Positions 56,360-64,000 of a stretch of 64,000 bases of DNA are shown piece by piece; positions within the stretch are counted from its first letter, which is position 1, and each line of letters begins with the position of its first letter. A model generated the notes under the pieces. That model made no database searches and was not told where the DNA came from. It saw only the letters and a list, made by a program, of their open reading frames with translations. Position numbers and translations under genes: made by a program. The DNA is taken from the NCBI GenBank assembly GCA_017537175.1, contig JAFYLH010000014.1, positions 33,513 through 97,512 on the forward strand, given 5' to 3'. The stretch is from Clostridia bacterium. GTDB taxonomy: Bacteria; Bacillota; Clostridia; Oscillospirales; CAG-272.

Positions 56360-56995
56360 ATGTCTATAATTAACGTAATTTCCGAAAAGCTTCAGGCTGG
56401 TGCCGCAAAAGAAATGAAGGTCCTTGTTCCCAAGGCGCTTGAAGAAGGCTTCAGCGCAAAGGAGATCCTTGAGGACGGTCTTCTTGCAGGTATGAGCGTT
56501 GTTGGCGAAAAGTTTAAAAATAATGAGGTTTATGTACCCGAGGTTCTTGTTGCCGCAAGAGCAATGAAGATCGGCTCCAATCTCCTTAAGCCCTATCTTG
56601 TTTCTGATGATGTTCAGCCTCAGGGCAAGGTTGTTATCGGTACTGTTGCAGGTGATATGCACGACATCGGTAAGAATCTTGTTGCTATGATGCTGGAGGG
56701 CAAGGGTCTTGAGGTTATCGACCTTGGTGTCGATGTAGCTGTTGATGATTTTGTAAATACCGCTATTAACGAAAACTGCCGTGTTATCTGTCTTTCTGCA
56801 CTTCTTACCACAACTATGCCTGTTATGAAGGATATAGTTAAGGCTTGTGAGGATGCAGGCATCCGTGATAAGGTTAAGATCATGATAGGCGGTGCTCCCG
56901 TTACACAGGGCTACTGTGATGAGATAGGTGCCGACTGCTTTACACCCGATGCTGCTACTGCAGCTGATGCAGCGCTTGCATTCTGTAAGGAGTAA
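56360..56995 (+). CDS. Stand-alone corrinoid (B12-binding) protein, methyltransferase cognate type
   Basis: Cap domain GLLAGMSVVGEKF..YVPEVL; GDMHDIGKNLV (DxHxxG), SALLTTTM, IGGAPV. Confidence 0.9.
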   Translation: MSIINVISEKLQAGAAKEMKVLVPKALEEGFSAKEILEDGLLAGMSVVGEKFKNNEVYVPEVLVAARAMKIGSNLLKPYLVSDDVQPQGKVVIGTVAGDMHDIGKNLVAMMLEGKGLEVIDLGVDVAVDDFVNTAINENCRVICLSALLTTTMPVMKDIVKACEDAGIRDKVKIMIGGAPVTQGYCDEIGADCFTPDAATAADAALAFCKE

Positions 56996-56998
56996 ACA

Positions 56999-58441
56999 AT
57001 GGATTACATACTTGAAAATCTTGAGCCTAAGGCTGTTTTCAAGTACTTTGAAGAAATATCCCGCATCCCCCGTGGATCCGGCAATGAGACAGCGGTAGTA
57101 GATTATATTGCCGCTGTTGCTTCTTCTTACGGACTTGAATACAGAAGAGATGATGCTGAAAATATTTTAGTACGACGCAAGGCAGATATCGGCAGAGAGG
57201 ACGCACCCTGTGTGATCCTCCAGGGACATACCGATATGGTATGCCAGTGTAATGCCGATACCAAGCACGATTTTGAAAAGGATCCTCTTGATCTTTATAT
57301 AGACAACGGATTTATCAAGGCAAGGGGAACTACTCTCGGCGGTGATGACGGCATAGCCTGTGCATATATGCTGGCTCTGCTTACCTCAGAGGATCTTGAT
57401 CTTCCCGAGCTGGAATGTCTCTTTACCTCCTGCGAAGAGGTTGGTATGAACGGAGCTATCGCCTTCGATTATTCTGACATTAAATCCCGTCTTATGATAA
57501 ATCTTGATTCAGAGGATGAGGGTGTGTGCGTTGTAAGCTGTGCAGGCGGTGTGAGAGCAGAGCTTAGCTTTACTTCTGAGGCTATCGAAGAAAAGAACAA
57601 GCTTATGCGCATCGAAATTAAAGGTCTTTGCGGTGGACATTCCGGTGTTGATATAAACGCAGGTCACGAAAATGCCATTATACTGATGACAGAGCTTCTC
57701 GGTATGATGTACAGCCACGAGCCCTTTAATCTTGTAAGCCTTAACGGCGGCACAAAGGATAATGCCATCCCCCGCGAAGCTGTGTCAGTAATAGCTTCCC
57801 CCGATCCTGACATTTATAAAAGCATTATTACAGAGTTTATAAACGAAAAGAAAAAAATCCTTTCCAAGGATGAAAAAGGATTCAAGATTCACACATCAAA
57901 AAACAGACATGTGGGTAATATGTTTACCTTTGCTGATACATCAAGAATAATATCAGCTGTTTTAAGCGTTCCTAACGGTGTTATCCGTATGTCACAGCAT
58001 ATAGAGGGGCTTGTAGAAACATCCTCTAATATCGGCATTATTTGTGCCGAGAACGGACATTATACCTCGGTTCACCTGATCCGTTCTTCAAATGAATATT
58101 CAATAGATATGACAATTCATAAAATACGAGTTATAGCAAAGCTCTGCTCCTGTGAAGTGGTAACAAGGGACAGATATCCCGGATGGGAGTATAAAGCCGA
58201 CTCAAAGCTCAGAGAGCTGTACGTCAAGCATTATGAAGAGCAGTACGGCAGTAAGCCCGTGACCGAGGCTATACACGCAGGTCTTGAGTGCGGTCTGATA
58301 TCCTCGCGTCTCCCCGGTATAGATATCATATCCATCGGTCCCGATCTTCACGATATTCATTCTCCCGACGAAAGAATGGATATTGCATCGGTAGAGCGCA
58401 CCTGGAAATTGTTATGTAATATGTTAAAAGCCATCGGTTAA
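56999..58441 (+). CDS. pepD: Aminoacyl-histidine dipeptidase (M20C)
   Basis: IPRGSGNE, LQGHTDMVC, TTLGGDDGIA, EEVGM, INLDSED, GGHSG, IHAGLECG, IHSPDE. Confidence 0.92.
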   Translation: MDYILENLEPKAVFKYFEEISRIPRGSGNETAVVDYIAAVASSYGLEYRRDDAENILVRRKADIGREDAPCVILQGHTDMVCQCNADTKHDFEKDPLDLYIDNGFIKARGTTLGGDDGIACAYMLALLTSEDLDLPELECLFTSCEEVGMNGAIAFDYSDIKSRLMINLDSEDEGVCVVSCAGGVRAELSFTSEAIEEKNKLMRIEIKGLCGGHSGVDINAGHENAIILMTELLGMMYSHEPFNLVSLNGGTKDNAIPREAVSVIASPDPDIYKSIITEFINEKKKILSKDEKGFKIHTSKNRHVGNMFTFADTSRIISAVLSVPNGVIRMSQHIEGLVETSSNIGIICAENGHYTSVHLIRSSNEYSIDMTIHKIRVIAKLCSCEVVTRDRYPGWEYKADSKLRELYVKHYEEQYGSKPVTEAIHAGLECGLISSRLPGIDIISIGPDLHDIHSPDERMDIASVERTWKLLCNMLKAIG

Positions 58442-58453
58442 CCGATGGCTTTT
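58426..58453. terminator. Perfect 28-bp palindrome / bidirectional terminator encoded inside two convergent CDS ends
   Basis: AAAAGCCATCGGTT-AACCGATGGCTTTT; both stop codons share the central TTAA. Confidence 0.75.
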
Positions 58454-58908
58454 GATACATCTATCCATTTTTTGAAATTTGAATACTTTTCAAGCTCGGG
58501 TATTGTAAGCTCAATTGCGCTGTTTGCACTTCCTGCAGCAGGGAACACGGTCTCAAATCTTTTAAGCGATTCATCCAGATACACATCTATACCGTCGTTA
58601 ATGCCAAAAGGACAAACACCACCGACACCGTGGCCGATGACAGCTTCAACATCATCAAAGGATATCATCTTAGCCTTGGTGTGAAATTCGGCCTTGTATT
58701 TAGGATTGTCGATTTTGACATCCCCTGCAAGCAGTATAAGAATAGGCTGCTCACCTACCATAAATGACATTGTTTTTGCGATTCTTTCGGGAGCGGTACC
58801 CACAGCCTGTGCCGCAAGCTCAACGGTTGCGCTTGATACATCAAATTCGAGTATTTTGTTATCTATACCAAACTCTTTAAAATATTCTCTTACCTTTTCA
58901 ATTGACAT
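58438..58908 (-). CDS. YbaK/EbsC-family tRNA-editing-domain protein
   Basis: SSATVELAAQA, IAKT, GHGVGGVCPFG, PAAGSANS. Confidence 0.88.
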   Translation of the reverse strand: MSIEKVREYFKEFGIDNKILEFDVSSATVELAAQAVGTAPERIAKTMSFMVGEQPILILLAGDVKIDNPKYKAEFHTKAKMISFDDVEAVIGHGVGGVCPFGINDGIDVYLDESLKRFETVFPAAGSANSAIELTIPELEKYSNFKKWIDVSKAIG

Positions 58909-58924
58909 TTTATTCTCCTATAAT

Positions 58925-58951
58925 AAACAAGCGGGTATGACCCGCTTGTTT
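58925..58951 (-). terminator. Hairpin after Na/Pi cotransporter gene
   Basis: AAACAAGCGGGT-atg-ACCCGCTTGTTT. Confidence 0.65.
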
Positions 58952-60733
58952 TTAGTTAAGCTTATACTTAAGTGCGTATTCCTTATATTTTGCCTTGAAC
59001 TCTTCGTTGTCAATGGACTTAACGGTATGCAGATATTCGTGCGTATCGTAGGCGTCCTGATCGACCTCGATCATTGTAACGGCAATATTTGAACAGTGGT
59101 CCGAAACTCTCTCAAAGTTAGTCAGCATATCGTTAAGTACAAATCCATGCTCGATGGTACACTCACCCACCTTAAGTCTGGAGATATGTCTTGACTTGAT
59201 AGAGCTTATAATATTGTCAATTACCTGCTCAAGAGCCTCAACATTGCTTGCAGCTGCAATATCTGCGTTTATGTATGCTTCAACAGTCATAGCAATAATG
59301 TCGTTAAGTGCTCTGCGTGCTATTGCAAGATCAGCATTGGCCTCAGGGGTAAAGTTGATCTTCTTTACGTGCATTTCCTGAGCAACCTTGATGAGGTTAA
59401 CCGCATGGTCGCCAAGTCTTTCAAAATCGCCGATAGAGTGGAGCATCTTGGAAACCTCTGCATTATCCTTATCTGACATCTCATTTTTGGAGAGCTTAAC
59501 AAGGAATGTGCCCAGCTTATCCTCATATATATCGATATCATCCTCGATCTTTATGATATCGTTGGCTCTGCGCTCGTCATAGTTACCGCAAAGGTTGATA
59601 GCGGAAATGATGCAGGTCTCTGCCTTGCTTGCCATTTCGATACAACGATGTGTACATTCCTGTATAGCAAAGGCGGGAGTGTTAAGAAGTCTGTTGTCGA
59701 TAAATTCGTAATGCTCTTCAACGCCCTTCTTATCCTTGATAACAATATTCGCAAGCTTGACAAGAAGATTACGGAAGGGAAGAAGCAGAAGCGTGGTGAA
59801 CACATTGAATATGGAGTGGCATATTGCAATACCAAATGCGTTAATGTTTATATCAAGATACTGTTCAAAAAAGAAGGAGGCGGGGATGTACAAAACCAGT
59901 ACAACAACCGTACCTATCACATTGAACATAATGTGTATAAAGGCAACGCGCTTAGCGTTCTTATTAACACCGATACTGGAGATAAGTGATGTTACGCAAG
60001 TACCGATATTCTGACCCATAATTATCGGTATAGCAACAGCATAGGTAATAGGAGTGGTGGTAAAAGCCATCGCGATAGCGAGGTTCTGGAGGATTGCTAC
60101 TGATGCAGCGGAGCTCTGGATCACACCTGTAAATACCGCACCTACAATTACACCGATAAGAGGAATAGAAAGGAAGCCAAGGATCGGCTTAAAGGATTCG
60201 GGATTATTCTCTGCAAATTCAGCAATAGGCTCCATTGCATCGCCCATAAGGTTCATACCGAACATAAGAACGCCAAAGCCAAGGAGTATATTACCGATAT
60301 CCTTTTTCTTGGTGCTCTTTGACATCATTGTAAGAAGAATACCGATAAACGCCAGCAGAGGAGAGAAGGAGGAGGGCTTTAATAAAGCAGTAAAGCCGTC
60401 ATCACCAAGACCCGCAAGAGAAGTAAGCCAGGCAGTAAGGGTTGTACCGATATTTGAACCCATAATAACACCAACGGTGCTTCCAAGGCTCATTATACCT
60501 GAGTTTACAAGACCTACCAGCATTACAGTCAATGCAGATGAAGACTGAATAGCAATAGTGATACCTGCACCAAGCGCAAGGCTTTTAAATATGTTATTTG
60601 TAGCCTTGTTCAATGTGGACTGTAGCTTACCGCCGGAGAGCTTTTCAAGACCCGAGGACATTACATTCATACCAAACAGGAAGAACGCAAGACCGCCCAA
60701 CAGCATAAATGTTTGAATGAGAATTGGTATCAT
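58952..60733 (-). CDS. Na/Pi cotransporter family protein with PhoU-like C-terminus
   Basis: Two QSSS/QSSA..GxNIGT repeats; DFERLGDHAVN and FERVSDHCSN. Confidence 0.92.
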   Translation of the reverse strand: MIPILIQTFMLLGGLAFFLFGMNVMSSGLEKLSGGKLQSTLNKATNNIFKSLALGAGITIAIQSSSALTVMLVGLVNSGIMSLGSTVGVIMGSNIGTTLTAWLTSLAGLGDDGFTALLKPSSFSPLLAFIGILLTMMSKSTKKKDIGNILLGFGVLMFGMNLMGDAMEPIAEFAENNPESFKPILGFLSIPLIGVIVGAVFTGVIQSSAASVAILQNLAIAMAFTTTPITYAVAIPIIMGQNIGTCVTSLISSIGVNKNAKRVAFIHIMFNVIGTVVVLVLYIPASFFFEQYLDININAFGIAICHSIFNVFTTLLLLPFRNLLVKLANIVIKDKKGVEEHYEFIDNRLLNTPAFAIQECTHRCIEMASKAETCIISAINLCGNYDERRANDIIKIEDDIDIYEDKLGTFLVKLSKNEMSDKDNAEVSKMLHSIGDFERLGDHAVNLIKVAQEMHVKKINFTPEANADLAIARRALNDIIAMTVEAYINADIAAASNVEALEQVIDNIISSIKSRHISRLKVGECTIEHGFVLNDMLTNFERVSDHCSNIAVTMIEVDQDAYDTHEYLHTVKSIDNEEFKAKYKEYALKYKLN

Positions 60734-60805
60734 TTTGTACTCCTCACAATTTATAAATTAAATCATAATAATTATACAATATTATTTAAATTTTGGCAAT
60801 AGTAA

Positions 60806-60836
60806 AAGCAGTTTTTAAATTAAAACTGCTTATTTT
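60806..60836 (-). terminator. Hairpin after bioY
   Basis: AAGCAGTTTT-taaatt-AAAACTGCTT. Confidence 0.55.
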
Positions 60837-61339
60837 TACATTTTATTCTTAATTATTTTAGGTGATATAGTTATAGAAAGTATTATCTTAATAATATCAA
60901 ATGGTAAAAAGGGCAATATGCAAATACTGAGCATTGTTTTGAAGCTGCAGTCTGTATTTATTAAGTATCCCGTGCAACCGCATATATAGAGTATTACCGT
61001 ACCTGCAATAATACCCCAGACAAAGCCTTTTTTTGATCTTTTGAACAATGCTATACATACTGTAAGAGGTATATATCCCAATATAAATCCTCCACCGGGA
61101 CCGAGTATATGCGTTACACCACCCGAAAAGCCGGAAAACACAGTTAAACCCAACATTCCTATAAATATATACAGAATTACGCTAACAACAGATATATAAG
61201 GTCTTGTCACAGCGGCAACTATATATATTACAAGAGTAGAAAGAGTTAACGGAATACCCCCGACAGGTATTGCAATAGGTGATATAACACATAAAATAGC
61301 GGTTATGACTCCGCAAATAACTGTATCCTTAGTTTTCAT
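60836..61339 (-). CDS. bioY: Biotin ECF transporter S component
   Basis: [45 protein letters not shown]. Confidence 0.85.
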   Translation of the reverse strand: MKTKDTVICGVITAILCVISPIAIPVGGIPLTLSTLVIYIVAAVTRPYISVVSVILYIFIGMLGLTVFSGFSGGVTHILGPGGGFILGYIPLTVCIALFKRSKKGFVWGIIAGTVILYICGCTGYLINTDCSFKTMLSICILPFLPFDIIKIILSITISPKIIKNKM

Positions 61340-62822
61340 CCGATAATGCTTTGTTCACCGCTTTATGCCAACCGTTAAGCTTGTTATCTGCAATTTCCCG
61401 TGACATTTGAGGAGTGAATCTCTTTGATATGGATTTGTTTGCCTTTATGGAATCCATAGATTCAAAAAATCCTGTAGCCAGGCCTGCAAGATATGCCGCA
61501 CCCAATGCGGTCGATTCTATGCAGGAGGGACGGTTTATTACCGCGCCCAGAATATCACTCTGGAACTGAATCAGCAGATTGTTGGCTGATGCACCGCCGT
61601 CTACATTGAGCTCAACGAGGCTTATATCGGCAGAGTTCTCCATAGCCTTGATTACATCATAGCTTTGGTATGCAATAGCCTCAAGTGCAGCTCTGATTAT
61701 ATGATACTTGTTTGTACCTCTTGTTATACCTACAACAGTACCCTTGGCATACTGATCCCAGTAGGGTGCGCCAAGTCCGGTAAAAGCGGGTACAAGATAT
61801 ACCCCGTCGGTATCAGCAACCTTGGAGGCCGCAAGCTCGCTGTCGGCTGCAGATGAAATAACCCCCAGCTGATCGCGAAGCCATTGAATAACTGCACCGC
61901 CTACAAATACCGAGCCCTCAAGTGCATATGTCACCTTACCGTCTATACCCCACGCAATGGTGGATACAAGTCCGTCATTGTTGATGTGAGGTGTATCTCC
62001 GGTATTTAAAAGCAAAAAGCAACCGGTTCCGTATGTGTTTTTTGCTTCACCCTTATTAAAGCAGGTTTGTCCAAAGAGAGCCGCCTGCTGATCACCTGCA
62101 ATACCGCACACCTTAACAGGAACACCCGTTACATCTGCAGAGGTCTTACCAAACAAGCCGGAGGACGGCAATACCCTTGGTAGCATACTCTCGGGAATGT
62201 CAAACAGCTCAAGAAGCTGTTTATCCCAGCACAGCTCGTTGATATTATAAAGCATTGTTCTTGAAGCATTGGAATAGTCTGTGGCATGCACCTTACCGTC
62301 TGTCAGTTTCCACAGAAGCCAGGTGTCTATTGTACCGCAGAGAAGGCTCCCGCTTTCTGCCTTAGCCCTTGCACCCTCCACATTATCAAGGATCCATTTG
62401 AGCTTTGTAGCCGAAAAATACGCATCGATAACAAGTCCGGTCTTGGATTTGATCATATCTGCACAGCCGTCAGCCTTCAGCTTGTCGCAGAGCTCGGCGG
62501 TTCTTCTGCATTGCCATACGATAGCGTTATATACAGGCTTTCCGCTGTCCTTGTCCCAGACCACAACGGTTTCTCTTTGATTTGTAATTCCTATAGAATC
62601 GATGTCATCAAAGCCTATTCCCGCCTTTTCAAGGGCTTCCTTTGCAACCGTTATCTGTGTATTCCAAATCTCCTCGGCATTATGCTCCACTTGACCGGGT
62701 GCAGGGAAGAGCTGAGTAAACTCCTTTTGCGATACCGATACTATATTTGTATTCCTGTCGAATATTATCGCTCTTGAACTGGTCGTGCCCTGATCAAGAG
62801 ACATTATGTATTTTTTGTTCAT
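61329..62822 (-). CDS. glpK: Glycerol kinase
   Basis: [55 protein letters not shown]. Confidence 0.96.
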   Translation of the reverse strand: MNKKYIMSLDQGTTSSRAIIFDRNTNIVSVSQKEFTQLFPAPGQVEHNAEEIWNTQITVAKEALEKAGIGFDDIDSIGITNQRETVVVWDKDSGKPVYNAIVWQCRRTAELCDKLKADGCADMIKSKTGLVIDAYFSATKLKWILDNVEGARAKAESGSLLCGTIDTWLLWKLTDGKVHATDYSNASRTMLYNINELCWDKQLLELFDIPESMLPRVLPSSGLFGKTSADVTGVPVKVCGIAGDQQAALFGQTCFNKGEAKNTYGTGCFLLLNTGDTPHINNDGLVSTIAWGIDGKVTYALEGSVFVGGAVIQWLRDQLGVISSAADSELAASKVADTDGVYLVPAFTGLGAPYWDQYAKGTVVGITRGTNKYHIIRAALEAIAYQSYDVIKAMENSADISLVELNVDGGASANNLLIQFQSDILGAVINRPSCIESTALGAAYLAGLATGFFESMDSIKANKSISKRFTPQMSREIADNKLNGWHKAVNKALSDEN

Positions 62823-62825
62823 TTG

Positions 62826-63701
62826 TTATCCCTTATACCTTATTGCATTGGGTACTACTTCAATTTCTACAGACTCAAGCTTTTCTATCTCACCGTCAAC
62901 GCATATAGAATCAAGACCGCTTACAGATACCCTTTTGCATCTTATATACCTTAAAACATCTGCAAACTTAGGCTTGATCTCCTTTGTTTCAGGATCAATA
63001 TAAGTACCCTTTCGGTAATCGCCAACAAGGGAAAGGAATTTAGCTCTTGATATCTTTGATACTATCAGCATATCAAGGATACCGTCCTTTAATGATGCCA
63101 AGGGCAATGCATTAAATCCTCCGCCGCAGAAGGAGCCGTTGGCAACAGGGCAGAGAAGAAACTCATCGTCATATTCATGTATCACATCAAATTCGTCGGT
63201 AACAGTCAGCTTGACGCTCTGTCCCAGCTTATGCACAAAAACATTACCCAGACCCAAGATATAAGCCGAGCTTCCGGTTATAAGCTTTTTGTTTTTATAT
63301 AGCTGCGTTTTATCAGCCACATTGCAGTCAAAGCCGATATTGATCATATTAACGGCATATCTGTCGTTATATCTGATAAGATCTATAGAATGGATCTTTC
63401 TTTCGTTTTTGAAGTTCTTAACAAAATCGTTTCCCGAGCCTGTGGGAGCAACGCTGAAAAATGCGCGCTCAGAGGCATCTGCCGACATAATACCGTTAAC
63501 TACCTCGTTTATGGTACCGTCGCCGCCGCACACGATAAAGTGTATCTCCTCGTCTTTATACTGATTGCAGAAATCAATTACAGCATTTTCGGCATCCCTT
63601 ATACCTTTGGTAGTATATCTGATTATGTCTTGCTTTGAAAGCTTAACTGCCTCGGCATGACCGTGTCCGGCTTTGGGATTTATTATCTGGATGATCTTCA
63701 T
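62826..63701 (-). CDS. Diacylglycerol/lipid kinase (YegS/DgkB family)
   Basis: INPKAG, GGDGTINEVVNG, PTGSGNDF, ANGSFCGGG, CVDGE; ATG 63701 follows AAGGAG (the ORF-track start at 63773 is unlikely). Confidence 0.88.
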   Translation of the reverse strand: MKIIQIINPKAGHGHAEAVKLSKQDIIRYTTKGIRDAENAVIDFCNQYKDEEIHFIVCGGDGTINEVVNGIMSADASERAFFSVAPTGSGNDFVKNFKNERKIHSIDLIRYNDRYAVNMINIGFDCNVADKTQLYKNKKLITGSSAYILGLGNVFVHKLGQSVKLTVTDEFDVIHEYDDEFLLCPVANGSFCGGGFNALPLASLKDGILDMLIVSKISRAKFLSLVGDYRKGTYIDPETKEIKPKFADVLRYIRCKRVSVSGLDSICVDGEIEKLESVEIEVVPNAIRYKG

Positions 63702-63781
63702 ATAATATGCTCCTTGTTGTATTAACAACATTATACAACAATATTCCATAATTTTCAACATTAAAAATTTCAAATTAAGTG

Positions 63782-63810
63782 TTGACTAAAGTAAATAAAT
63801 GATATATAAT
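63782..63810 (+). promoter_or_regulatory. Sigma-A promoter of guaB
   Basis: TTGACT, 17 bp, TATAAT. Confidence 0.75.
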
Positions 63811-63840
63811 AATACAAATATAATTATCGGAGGTCCAAAG

Positions 63841-64000
63841 ATGAGTTTTGATGAGTCCTACAAGTTTACAAAAGAGGCTTTGACATTTGATGATGTGCTT
63901 CTTATTCCCGCAAAAAGTTCTGTTCTTCCTGCTGACATCAAGCTTGGAACAAGATTGACAAAAAAGATTACCCTTAATGTTCCCATTATGTCTGCGGCTA
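63841..64000 (+). CDS. guaB: IMP dehydrogenase, 5' partial
   Basis: [45 protein letters not shown]; GGAGG RBS; runs off the window. Confidence 0.88.
   Translation, partial: MSFDESYKFTKEALTFDDVLLIPAKSSVLPADIKLGTRLTKKITLNVPIMSAA

Noticed and set aside
63774-63840. Purine riboswitch upstream of guaB
   Set aside because: Only ~30 nt lie between the -10 box and ATG, leaving no room for an aptamer.

Overview
Gene-dense 64 kb chromosomal segment from a low-GC, endospore-forming Firmicute (Clostridia-like: sigG, spoIVB, SipL-like coat gene, SLH protein, sigma-A TTGACA-17-TATAAT promoters, gltX+glnS pair). I recognised no rRNA, tRNA, CRISPR array, prophage or transposase. The flanks hold housekeeping, sporulation and sugar genes. 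The centre (26.7-55.2 kb) is the standout. A divergent promoter pair drives, leftwards, a membrane CxxC protein plus a polyferredoxin membrane protein fused to a thioredoxin-like domain. Rightwards it drives a ~24 kb operon: a 2410-aa membrane-anchored subtilase with BspA-type LRRs, an Opp transporter with an oversized OppA, and exported proteins built from shared modules (Ig-like domain, TlpA-like CxxC redoxin, and an unrecognised ~120-aa GxYH..GP...YPLT.DL...W...C.Y domain in four copies). I infer a surface protein-utilisation system coupling disulfide reduction, proteolysis and peptide import; this is a hypothesis, not a demonstrated function. Other notable items: a sigG RBS-sequestering hairpin with an internal forespore-type promoter, a GalK-like kinase with a uronate-type binding motif in a GalT-less salvage operon, an exact YtrA operator, and a 28-bp palindrome that makes two convergent genes end in the same residues. 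All family assignments come from motif recognition by eye; no searches were run.
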